64,000 nucleotides of DNA from Kudoa neothunni (Eukaryota > Animalia > Cnidaria). Location: the NCBI GenBank assembly GCA_964304625.1, contig OZ199840.1:655284-719283 (forward strand), read 5' to 3'. A model generated the notes under the pieces. That model did not search any database and had not been told where the DNA came from. It saw only the letters and a program-made list of their open reading frames with translations. The position numbers and the translations under genes were made by a program. Of the stretch, positions 51,901-64,000 are shown in pieces. How positions within the stretch are numbered: the first letter of the stretch is position 1; the number at the start of each line of letters is the position of its first letter.

Positions 51901-53000
51901 TTTCCAACATTTTCTTAAAAATTCCAATAATTAATATCAAAAAAAAGATTGTATTATTTCAAAAAAAAACTAATTTTATGCCCATATTTCCCATATCTAA
52001 GCTTCCCTATAGAGAATATATATGTGGTCACTAGGATAGCTTCTGGCACGAAGGGGTTAATAAGGGAGAATAGACAAAGTTTTGATCAGATAGCTGCTTT
52101 ACAAAAAGTGCTAATTTGGTTTCGAACAATTTGATCTCAACATATGAATCGTGAGCAAATACATCTTCACCTTGGAGTTTTTGATTTAGATTGTTAAGTT
52201 TATGCATAATATCAATTGAAAAATCGCATATCCTATCGTTGTCTTTAGTTTATTGTGTGAAATTACAAATTAAATTTTTACTCTCAAAAAACAGTAAAAT
52301 TTCATCTATAATCTCCCAGACTCTTCTTAGTACCATTCCAAGACTAAGCCAACGTACATTTGTGTGGTAGAAAACGTCAGTGAAACCTGATTTCATTTCA
52401 TTTCTTTCAAAAAATTAATTTTCAGTAAAATTCATCAAATGACCATTTGTTTAACAGACTTATTTCAGCTTCGACTACTCACGCGAATCGCCCATGATAT
52501 ATTTTCGAGAGAGATTCTGATTATTTAGAATCGTTACATTACATAAAAACATGTTTTACCGTGGAATTTTTTCGTCCATTTCAGATGAGTTTCGAACTCC
52601 TACTCGGGAAGCCCTGCAGTAGATAATTCGCTTTCAAATGTTCTCCGTGCAAGTCACACAGAGCAATTATTTTTGGATATGGCTTTAATTTATTCTCCGT
52701 TCTTTCAGTGCCAATTAGTACTACTGAAAATACATCGACCCGTAATTTCATATTATCGAAAAGTGAACTGGTTGACTTAGTTATCCTGTCTTTAAAATTT
52801 AATAGAGTTCTTGTCTAGCATTCATACAAGTCACAACATCATATCTTCTCATAAATACTTCCAAAACCTTATTATTCCTCCAAAGAATTGATATTCACAC
52901 CAACATTTAATAAATTTTCATAAATAATTCTAGCGCACAAATTGATGTAAAACATTTCCGAAAAGTTCTCGTTATAGATTTATAATATATTTTAATAATA
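48973..53000 (-). mobile_element. Second SPIN/Buster-like hAT remnant, split by a piggyBac insertion
   Basis: End caggaatggg...gcgggccaca resembles the 12587 end. Remnants NVRWLSLG (about 52355), KLQGEDVFAHD, EFRRRFSNF..F.LLRSPF (49521-49700) and the dimerisation-region QTFSIMN/LTNPNLEAILR. The distal boundary is approximate. Confidence 0.8.
49700..52060 (-). mobile_element. piggyBac transposon (degenerate PGBD transposase) with TTAA ends
   Basis: ttaatcctttcgtgc at 49700 and rc ttaaccccttcgtgc at 52060. Remnants IPFKGSCKAKQ..PTKWGFK and PSVVTEYNKNMG.VD, C-terminal RRCEKRTQFSCIKCG Cys cluster, and an acidic N-terminus near 51430-51600. Confidence 0.9.
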
Positions 53001-53637
53001 TGATGAACAAATGCTGTTGCATTTAACCTTCTATAAATATTAAGTAGCTAAAAAATTTACACCCTCCAAATAAAAATGATAAAAATGTTTATTAGAAATT
53101 TACCCTTCTTTTTTATTCGATAAAATTGTATCGAATAAAATTCAGTATTGACTGAGAAAATATGAGGAAAATTCATCGAATATATTTTGAATAAACGACC
53201 AATTATTAACGTTATATTATAACTACGCACGCGCAAATATTAATGTTGTTACATTTCTATACGATGCGATTATATTTATAAGTGTATTGTATTTCTGCGG
53301 TTTTTTAATTTTAACTTTTAATTCAGGTTTCATAGCAATTGCCAATTAATTAATATATTTTATTTTAATCAGGACATTATAAAACTGAGCAGAAAAACAC
53401 AAAACTTTATCAAACTACTGAACAATTATATCATATATTAATTTAATGCTCTCAACAGCGTACACATAGGCAAAATGATGAAAAGTCATCGTATTTTGAA
53501 TAATTAGTATAAAAATAATGAGAGAATGAGGAGCTACAGTTGTATTCTGGCTAGAACGGTATGCTTATAACTTAAGGATATAACTTAAAATTATAACGTA
53601 TTATAACTTAAAATTATAACTTATAACTTATAACGTT

Positions 53638-54648
53638 GTCGCGCAGGCGCAATACCACGGCATGTATAGCGTTTCTTTATTTATTCATTATTTACTCAAC
53701 AGAATTCCAGTAAATTTTTAAAAATCACATATATCAATATTTTAAATAATTCTACTAAAGAAAAATGTGGTGTAGAAATTTTTATTTATTTTATTTGAAA
53801 GGTATTTTTACATTAACTTTTTTGGTATACGACAAAAAATAATTTCATCTCATTTTTCTGCAAGCTCTTATAAATATAAAAGATTACAAAAAATGGAGAG
53901 GAGTTATGATGCCCCATTTATACACTATAATATTGTTGGCAAATTCACTTGAGGTAGAAATCTGAAATCTACCTCATTTTATTTAGAAGCTTAATTTGGT
54001 TCTAGAGTCAAAAATCCTATTAAAATTTAGTCAAATTGTTTACTTTCACATGCATCAAATGTGATTTTTTCGAATAAAGAAATAATCAATTAATCTTTAT
54101 GGAATATATTAATAGATAAATTTGCAATAATTTCTATCGGTTAGTTTTTGATATATTGATTGCCTGTGAAATAGCGAATCTAATATTTAAATCGATAAAT
54201 CCAAAAAAAACTTTACTAAAATATTCTAAATGCAATTATTCAAAATATATCACATTTTGAAAACAATATAAATCCGATCACTTACACCACACAAATATTT
54301 AGGTGGGTGTGTAGGTGTAAAACAAATATTGTTTTGTGCGCATGCACGATTGGTAGTTGGTAGTGTTATAGTATCATTGTATCGTTACTACAAATCAATA
54401 TAATCACCAATTATTCAATAAAATAACAAAATCAATCAAACACACTCAACCACAATCATAAAATCTCCAGATATCAAACATAACAACCCCATTATTCAAT
54501 ATGTGTAATTAATCAAACATTAATTAATACTATAAAATTGCAATAAATAAATTTCATCCATCATTAATACATTTGTAATGGGTGCGGCATTTTCATTTTC
54601 ACCCAGTGCACAAAGTGATAAAATGAATTGGTTGGTCGCGCAGGCGTA
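53638..54648. promoter_or_regulatory. NRF1/EWG-like GCGCAnGCGC motifs upstream of SETD2
   Basis: gtcgcgcaggcg occurs exactly at 53638 and 54635, and tgcgcatgcac at 54337. These CpG-rich words stand out in a strongly AT-rich background. Confidence 0.35.
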
Positions 54649-54935
54649 GTTGATTAGCAAAGGGCGTTCTTACCTGTCGACCATAAATTCAGCCCAAATA
54701 ATCTCACAGCAAAGCCGCCAAGATATTGTTGATTGTGATAAACCCGAATCTCTAATATCAACCCATTTCACCCAATAATTAGTCCATAATTTGTTCTTAT
54801 TTGGTCTAATTATTGAATAAATTGTTTGAATATATTACCGTATTCTTGTGGTATTCAACAATAAGTGGATATCCAACAGTTAAAATAGAATTTAATGTAA
54901 TGGGTTGATTATTTTTGATTATTATATTTCTGACA

Positions 54936-57900
54936 ATGACTTTTGAAACTATTAATTTAGCCAGTAGGAGTGATCGATTGGAACTGATGACCCAAGTATT
55001 TTCAACCAGTCAACTGTATCGATATTATTAAATTAACTGTGTTTTTGTGTATTTAGCCGTTGGTAGAGGATGCAACAGTCAAATTCAACCCCAGCAATAT
55101 CGGCCCCATGTTGGTGGATAATAGTGAGGGAAAACCATTGCCCAAAAAATTTAAATATATAGATCAAAATTTGGTTCGTCAAAATATGTAAGATATCGTG
55201 TTTTTATGCGTGAGAATTTGATTTATTTTCGAATTAGACGAAAGCAATTCCGATCCAAACATCTTCTCTTATCATGCGTGTGTCAATATAGATGTATGTG
55301 TGAGTTGGAGATAATAATAGCTTTTTTCATTCAACCACTTACTCATTTGTGGTAGATATATATGTGGAGAAATCGAATGGAGGTGTTGTTGAAGAAGCTT
55401 GTAATGAGGAATGTTTGAATCGCCAAATCTATATCGAATGTGTGAATTGTGAATGGGGGAATTATTGTACAAATAGAAACTTCACCAAAGTGAATCATTT
55501 TAATACTAACGACAATTTACGCTCAAATATTAAATTATAAAGGGATGTCAATTCACTTTATTGTTGTTTTCAGCTGGCGCCAAAGGTTGGGGAGTGAAAA
55601 CTCTCGATTATATTAAAAAGTAGTTTCACACATTCTAGAATGGTCATTGTAAAAATCGGAAATTTTATGTTAGTGGTTCGTTTGTTATCGAATACAACGG
55701 TGAAATCATTACACAAGAAGAATTCCAAGAACGTTCCATTCGATACGAAAACAACAATACCACACATTTTTATGCTATGTCATTGGCGAAAAATTTTGTA
55801 ATCTCTTATATAACACATTCTATTTTGAATAATGTTGAAATAAATGTTGGAATAAATAAATGTTGGAATTAATTAGGTAATTGATGCTACCAGTAAAGGC
55901 AATATTTCTCGATTTATCAATCATAGTTGTGATCCAAACCTCATGACTCAATTGGTATTTATTTGTAGTTCTATATGATTTTGAGACGCTATACAGTGGT
56001 CGGTTGACGGCTACCATCGAATGGGGTTTTTCGCCATCCAAGATATTCAACCGGGCACCGAATTATGTTTTGATTACAATTTTATTCGATTCAAGTAGAT
56101 TATTATTTAAGTCTAATTAGGGGTAAATATCTTTAGTTCGAAGCCGCAAAAGTGTTTCTGCAAATCGAAAAATTGTACCGGACAAATTGGCAGATCAATA
56201 ATGTCCCAAGGAAGTGAAGAGTCGTTTACTTCGCAATCTATTTATCTGGATAACAACGCTGTGACGATTACTGAACGACCGAAAGTGTCCATAAAATCCA
56301 CGGTCAAATTAACCAAAGCTCGAGTCAAAGACAAATCACAGGTTGGCCTTAAAAATTCACAGAGCAGCTTTAGTTTCCCTCTCGATACTCAATCAGAGTT
56401 GGGAACCTCAGAAACAACCTTACTGCCATCTAACAATTATGATGATAATAATAATAATAATAATGATAACAACAAATCAGCTGCACCATCTATCGAAAAG
56501 GTCTTTAGTTGGATTTAGTCGGAATGATTGTGAAGGTTTGTTTAGAAACAGGATTTATTGTTGAACAACATCAAACACTATATGGAAGACCTGGATATGA
56601 AGAATGACGTCTCAATCCAAAAATTCTTACATTTTGTAATACGCTCGAAATCAACTGAACACAAAGTGCTTTTGTTGGAGTGTTTGCTGGAGAGCCATAC
56701 CGAAAAGTGTTTTGTTGGAGTTTCTTCGGTACAAACTGTTGGTTCTACTGTGGTCGTGGACCACCGAAGATGATCCATTTGATTCTGCTCAAAATCAGTC
56801 TTATATGCTGAAATATCGGGAAAAAGTCATTGATATACTAATAGAAACTATTTAATTTGTTGTAGTTTGTGGATGTGCTTCAACTCTTCAACATCCCTTA
56901 TAGAAAATGCTATTGATGAGAGCAAATTAGAAAATAGATTAAATGAATGGAAAGCTGAAATGACTAATTGTAAAAGTGACGCTTCCGATCAATCTTATCA
57001 GATTCTACGTGATAGAATTGTGGGAAAGATCGATGATGTATTAAATAAATGGAGTGTGTTGGAGAGGAAATTTAAAATACCGAGAAAATCGATTTCCACT
57101 CACTCCAGCGATAATAACGAATCCGCTGGTAGTAATAATTGCATTAGTACGCCCAACTCCAGACGTTTATCTTACGATCCCACAGCTAAACATCGTAAAG
57201 AAACCCCTGTGTCACCTTTATCGCATAACCTCGAAAAAAGATTTAAACCCAACTCTGCTTATCACAATAATTTCGAGAGAAAATATGATAGTTTCCACTC
57301 GAGGAAAATAACCTACTCACATAGGTTGGTTACTTATTCTTGAGTTAATTTTGAGATTTGAATGATGTTTCCCAGTGATAGAGATAGATATTCCAGTAAC
57401 AAAAGTGACAGGGATAGCTATTTCCAACAAAGGGATTCTCTCACTGTCAATCGATTTCAAAATTCACCTACAACCACCTCTTCAGATACAAACCAACTTA
57501 AAATTCAATCTTCCAGTTTAAATAGTGATGTTAGCGTGGATGTAATCGTGATGATGGATTATCGTGAATTGTGTTTTATGAGTTATGCAATTGTAGAATA
57601 AAACCATTGTTGATGGGACGTCTGATGTGACCAAAATCTTAGATACCACTCCGGTTTCTGATCCCCGCTTACGATATCTCAAACCTAAAAGTGATATTCA
57701 ACAACCACCTCAATCTAATATCCATGTTATGCGTAATATTTACACTGGTCAGCCTGAAAATTCTGCCCCAATCAATGTTACATCAACTCACAATACCACC
57801 AACAATATAGAGAGTGGCTTGAAGAAAAAAGAGGGTTTAATTATGACTAATAATAATTCGTTAGAAGTATTTTAATAACCGATGGTTTGTTGTGAAAATG

Positions 57901-58461
57901 GAGCAATTAATGTTGCATTATTAAGCTGAAAAATTCGGCCGATCGAATTAAAATGCTGGATCAATTGTTTCTGGAAAAATTCAATCGTCGTTATATCATC
58001 CCTAATTGGGATCCTAGTGAAGCCAACAATAAAAAATTCAAAGATGAAGTATCTTTTGTGTGGACCTACAAAAGTTAAATAATTGATGTTGTTTTGTTAG
58101 CTGGCTATATATTTGGTGAACCTACTCAAACCCTACTATGGGGAGAATAATTTTGATGATCCACACATAAAAATTCATTCTAAAATGGAATTTAAATATT
58201 TAGCAAAAAAAGTAAGTTAATATTCAATAGTTATTTGCATTTGTGTGTAGCATTAAATTGGCCGTACTTATGGTTGATATATTTTAGATTACACATCTGA
58301 TTATCATGAAAGAAATAAGATTTATCGAGAAATCAACCCGCAAATCACTGACTCAACTCAACCAACTGCCACACACTAAACCCATACTCCAATTTGATGA
58401 ACACATCAAAGAACGAATTAACCTATTTTTTAAAGATTTTATGAATTCTTATTCCAAATAA
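54936..58461 (+). CDS. SETD2: SETD2/Set2-like H3K36 methyltransferase (AWS-SET-postSET ... SRI), many short introns
   Basis: ACNEECLNRQIYIEC..C..GNYCTNR; KGWGV; FVIEYNGEII; IDATSKGNISRFINHSCDPN; ELCFDYNF; QKCFCKSKNCTGQIG; LLWSW; C-terminal SRI LLKPYY...EFKYLAKKITHLIIMKE...FMNSYSK then stop at 58459-58461. Start is approximate. Confidence 0.92.
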
Positions 58462-59246
58462 CGATATCTCAACCTTTTTTAGTCCCATTATTTGTATATT
58501 AGTTGTATCAAATTGTTTTATACTTTTTTTTTTGAGAGTTAATAGAATCTTGTTTTTATTATATAATATTCTATGGTTTTTTTCTGTTTTTTATTATGTT
58601 TTATGACCTTAGATAGACTTTGTGTGTTGATACTATTCCTGGTTTAATTAGAATCAATGTTTTTCTTTTTAAAAGCATTAAGTTAAGATTAAAGTAGTGG
58701 TTTTATAACGTTGAAAAAGACACAGGCTATCTCTTGTGTTGTTTGGTAATATTTTTCAATTGGGAAATAAAAATTACGTTGATTAATTTTTTCAGTTATT
58801 TATTCGAGTTATGAGGAGATTTAAAGTGGAGTCGCAATTAATCTGAAATACTTTACATCTATTTTTTTTTATATCGTTAATTATTTTTATTTCGGATGGT
58901 TATAATTAATTTTTGAAATAACGATTGTATGATATTTGGCCAATCTTTTATTATTTTTTCGCTGATTATAATGATTTGATCGTAATTTCTTTGAATAATT
59001 TTTATTGTCATATTATCAAAAATTACTTGTGTGCTTTAAATAACCATGTAATAATTCCACAAACAATACCCTACTAAGGTTCTTTTGATTAAAGTAAAGG
59101 TAAATTTTTATTTGATTTATAGATAATAAAAATTAAATAATTTAATTCCACTTTTGTGTTCACTGAGAGAAAATGCCATAACTTAAAGTAATATACAATC
59201 AAACGGAAACTTTGGGACTGAAATTTTCATTTCGGATAGCGTTTTA

Positions 59247-59610
59247 CTTTGTTTTCAACGCAAAATCCCTGGCGAAACTTAATAGGTTGTGGAATTCTGG
59301 TTGGTCAGACCTTTTCCATTAACCCTGTAGGCACCACAGGACGTAACATGAAACTTCACCCCTTATCCTTATGTGGTAATGTGGATTTTAACCTATTAAA
59401 TATCCTCGTCACATCCTATCTCTTTAAGAACGTTGACTCTATCGAGATTCCAAATTTTATTCACGCGAATTTGACTGCAGGTGCACCCCACCTCACAGCG
59501 AGCATACACTGTAATCACAGCTTCCAAACCAAATATGGGATAGTGATTCCCTGACGGATTCCAACCCATTACCATACGCTTCTGAGCCGAGTGTCGAGGT
59601 TCCAATTAAT
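59247..59610 (-). mobile_element. Third, diverged SINE-family member sharing only the 3' domain
   Basis: The reverse complement of 59247-59410 (acgaggatatttaataggttaaaatccac...aatggaaaagg...cacaacctattaagtttcgccaggg...) aligns with 5350-5500 and 36920-37075. The upstream part does not align. Confidence 0.7.
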
Positions 59611-61621
59611 CGATCATAAACAATGTCTTGTGAAGCGCGTTTTTTCAAAATTTCTACTTAAAGGATTCTTTACTTGATTAATAAGAAATTTCTTACTATT
59701 TATTAAGTGAAATATTTTAATTTCTGTCACTCAATTAAAAATGTTGACATATCTATTAACTAAGAATATGGAGAGTTAAAGGAAAAACAGCACATAATTA
59801 TGGCTGTTTTTACGCGCCTACAGAGGAGTAATCTATTTTTTTAAATAATCGATATTAATTTTTATTTAATACACATACAGCCATGTGTTCAGATATAATG
59901 CAAATTTATATATAAATTGGACCCTTAGCTTACGTTTTAAAAGGAAAATTTATTTATAAATAGCCTGGAGATATTTATGTTTCAAATATCGCGTTGGTAT
60001 TGGTATATACGCAACATTGTATAGGTCGTACGGTGATGGGTGCTATTTTTACCCGGAGATATGCTTAAATATTCAATAATTCTTCAGGTTAATCGAGGTT
60101 CGACTATATATAGATTTGGACTATTGGCAGCATGCGTATTTTTTGGGATTGTCGCTCAATAGTTGTAGTGGGTTAACGCGGGACTCTACTTCAATTCATT
60201 GAGGGTCTATTATATAACAAACTCAAAAAATTCTTGATTTTACCGTTTCCACTCTCTACGTATTAAAAAATCAACAATCGATTTCGTTGAATAAAAATGA
60301 ATAATTTCAATTTGATTGTTGAGATTGACCATCTAGGATGTAAAACATCGTAGAGTCATTTCCCCTCTAAATTTGAACTATTTTTCTTTTTTTTCAATTA
60401 AACAGTTCACTTTTGCTTATTTTACAAATAATTTTTTAAAATGAGGATTAATAGCTGCAAGAGGAAATCACGCGCATGCGTGATTCTTATATATTATAAT
60501 TAAATTAAATTAATATCCACACGCGCGTGCGCGATTATGACATCCCTTCTATATTCTATACGGAGATAAATATTTTCCTGCGTTTTTAAAAGGTAAAATG
60601 TGCATATATCATGATAATAAATTAAACAATTCGAAAGTGACTGCGAAAGTGGTACAACATTGTATGATTATCTTACGTTAATCCCAAACAATTTACATAT
60701 CTTCAAAATTTTGCAAAAAAACAGTTATTATAATTGTAAAATTCATGCAAATAAAAAAACTAAAAATTATTATAATAAATCATACAGTAATTACTACGTT
60801 TAATTTTTAATATTATTTTAGGATTAAAAAAAATATAACTCAAATTTTGTAAACATTTTCTCATTGAGAATAAAACTTAATAAAATCAATAAATTAAAAA
60901 TTTATTTTTTTTAAATTATGAAACATGGAATTTGGGGATGACATTGCTCACTCCACGAACAGACATGTTTAGTGTAATTCATGGTGTACAAAGTTTGATA
61001 AATTTTTATTTTAAAAACATAAAAATCATTTGTATAACGTATAACAATTTATGGATATTAGTATTGAATAATTGGATTTTATTTGAACAATCTCTATACG
61101 AAGGGAATCAAATGAAACTTAATATTTCGAAATATTCTCCTTGGATACATTTTTGAATAGTCACAACTGTGAATACACAATTCGACCATTTTCGACTATC
61201 AACAATTTCTGTTGATACCTCCATTTTATTTTATGTAATAAATGGAACTCTTTACAATAATATTACTGGTTAGAAACTCATAACAGAGTACATTTAGGAA
61301 CCACCTTTATAGTGGCTGAACAAAATTTAATAAATTTAACAATATACATCTTAAATCGGTTAAAATAGTTTCTTAATATTATATGTATATTGGCAAGTAA
61401 GAATGACATGTAGTTTTATGTCGTATAAAGTGAAATCATCCCAAGTGTCGCAGCGTCCATATAACATATTATTTGTCAGGACAATTCAATGTATGAAAAA
61501 GTTTTTAGTTCATAAGGAAATATTGTATCAATATAGTTAGCAATTGAATAATTCAATCTTAACTTGGAGATTTGTTATAGTAATTTCTACACCGAAATAT
61601 TTTAGATGAACTTGGTTCAAA

Positions 61622-64000
61622 ATGTTGATAGATAAATATATTTATCTACCGTACTGTTTTTATTTTATTTTTGTTGCAATCGGAAATAGTTTCTTGTTTG
61701 TTGAAGCTGGTAATTGTATATTTAGAGGGTTTTGTTATCAATTATTCATTATAGGTGAAGTGGAGGGAATCAACACAACCTCCACCCTCTCTCAAGGCCA
61801 GTTGATTAGAAAAACTCACAAATACACAGAACAAAAAATCAATGTCTGCTATGTGCAAACAGTATCGTTGATCCATCTGGGAATGGAGGATATGATTGAC
61901 TGGAAGTTGGAGTACCTTACTGATTCGCCTCGGACCGAGCAATGTGTTGACAGTTGTTGTGCCTTGCAACATTGTAATAGTGCTATCATTGTCCATGATA
62001 GATGCTATGGAGTAACATGCAACTCCACCAAGTGTAAATATTATATCGAACAAAAATTGAAAAACATTGATGATAACTTTTTGAAAAATAATCTCACTGG
62101 AAATTCTTTGACAAATCTGTCCCGATATATACAGATATATCGTCGTAACGCGTACCAATTCGAAACTCAACTCTCTGAGGATGAGAACAATCACTTAAAT
62201 CCAACGAAAACTCCAATACCTTCCTTAGTCACTTTAAAACCAACTTCAAATAGTAATATAGTTTATAATATTTTTATATAATATTTTCTTATAGAACTTA
62301 ACTGCACAGAAACATATAGAACATACAGAAATGGATTCTTTGGCCACAATTTTACCTTTCTTCATTTCAAAATCAACAAAACCATAAACAACGAAGTACA
62401 ATGCATCGATAGTTGTTGTTCCATGTTGAATAAATGCAACGGAATCTTTTATATCGATAAGAAATGTTATTTTATTACTGTTCCATTTCCACAGTCTCTG
62501 GGCTCGGCTTCTATTACCCCTTTTTCTAAGCAGCAGCCCGGTCAAAACCTATCCTTGATAGTTATTTTTGATCAACACTCTAAAAGATTTGAAATCCCAC
62601 TTAATGAAAACTATCATATAGCTGGTTAGTATTATCTTATAAAATAAATATTATAATCGTTTTAGAGATGAGTAATAGTGACAACAACGATTTGTGCGTA
62701 AAAGTCAAATTAAACCTCACTACACATAATGTCACTTTTAATGATTCACAGAGTTATCAATATCTGTCATTAAGTCGAAAAATTGAAGACGAAGTAATAA
62801 TTTTGTTTTATGCTGTTTAACAGAATTTTTATAATACAGTTGGATTCGTTTTTCTCAAGCATCCCTTCCTACAGTTATTCCACAATAATAAATATGATGT
62901 ATTTTCAATACGTCTGAATGCATATACTTAAATCTTCCTGTAGAAAGGACATTAACAATGATATTGTCCTCAATATTCGAATCAAAATTAACGTTATCAA
63001 TAGCAACCTTGCATCTTCCATACGAACGGTTTCTACCAAAATTCTCGAATTTATCGAGTCAAAATCATCTTTTGTCGAAACTGATTTCGACATGAAATTA
63101 TGCACCAATTTTAAGTCGTATATTTGTCCGAGTGTCAATGAATTCTCGGTTAACTGGAAGTTCACTCTATCAAATACCTCGGTGGCTAGTGCGTGTCCCT
63201 TGAATGCGGATGGTATAGCCATGCGGGAATGTGACCCTGATGAATCCACCTGGAAACCTCCTTCTTTTCGTTACTGTTCTCATAAAATCTATAAGGATTT
63301 TACAAAAAATGTACATTATATAGTGGATATAATATGATATAATTTGAATTTAATTGATCTAGCTTGAGTCAAATCCACAAAATGTTTCATCGTTAAAAAC
63401 TCTCATCTCAACTATCTATGATCATGTGCAGAACGATTTTTTGAGAAATGGAGAGCAATGGTTTGAAGCCAATAATATGAGGATCAAGCGCTCCGCTAAT
63501 GATTTAATGGATATTTCAGCCATTACAGGTGGTGTAGATGGTACCGATTTAACCGATAGGGCAGGCTCTCTTGGTGATGAAAACAGCGAAGAATTTCCCT
63601 CTATTGAAATATCGAGGTTAAATGGACCAAATGAAACCATCGAACATTATGTCTCCAAATATTCCCATGAAGATTTACCTTCCAGTAACCAAAGCTCTAT
63701 TGTTATTAAGAGCATTAAACATGTCACTGTCTATCCCGATCCTAACCAGGTTAACAGAACCATCTCAACTGTTTACCCTTACTACATAGCTAAATTTATC
63801 CCCAAAAATGACACAAAAAATTCTGAAACTAAAGATAAAAGTATTTTAAAAAATTAATAAATTAAATAGGATAAGTTTAAATAGTACAGTCATGAAGCCA
63901 ATGTGTCCTTTAGTTTAATTACAGACAAGAATCTATTTTTTTAATTTATAATCATTTCTATAATAAAACAGGATTTTATGCTGGCTAATTGTCAGTAAAA
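61622..64000 (+). CDS. Adhesion-GPCR-like ectodomain: signal peptide, two MANSC-like domains, SEA-like domain, HormR domain; continues past the window
   Basis: Hydrophobic N-terminus. QCVDSCCALQHCNSAIIVHDRCYGVTCNSTKC and QCIDSCCSMLNKCNGIFYIDKKCYFI. SEA-like FNDSQSYQYLSLSRKIEDELDSFF. HormR CPSVNEFSVNWKFT......ACPLNADGIAMRECDPDESTWKPPSFRYC. Furin-like RIKR. GPS and 7TM regions are not in the window. Confidence 0.7.

Noticed and set aside
59249-59605. ORFs 59249-59554 (+) and 59396-59605 (-) as proteins
   Set aside because: They overlap the third SINE-family copy and are best explained as chance ORFs in a GC-richer repeat.

Overview
AT-rich eukaryotic genomic DNA with compact genes split by short (about 30-80 nt) GT-AG introns and separated by transposon debris. 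A secreted protein carrying cnidarian minicollagen-type Cys-rich domains (CRDs) and an ShKT domain, plus very divergent housekeeping proteins, suggests a cnidarian, most likely a myxozoan parasite (inference). Recognisable genes: RanBP9/10-like SPRY-LisH protein (partial, -), ShKT + 5-CRD capsule-type protein (+), DYRK1-like kinase (-), PICK1 (+), importin-5-like HEAT protein (-), RPL23 (-), SETD2/Set2-like methyltransferase (+) and an adhesion-GPCR-like ectodomain with MANSC-MANSC-SEA-HormR domains (partial, +), plus two or three orphan ORF clusters. Mobile elements: a hAT-type MITE with a perfect 8-bp TSD, two piggyBac elements with TTAA ends (one nested inside a SPIN/Buster-like hAT), a second SPIN/Buster-like hAT, a Tc1/IS630 remnant and three copies of a SINE-like family sharing a structured 3' domain. 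A 26-bp alternating satellite and a compound microsatellite are also present. Several conserved genes contain single-base frameshifts at short homopolymers, mostly +1 with some -1; assembly error is the most likely cause. Gene models were spliced by eye, so boundaries are approximate. No CRISPR array, rRNA or intact tRNA was seen.
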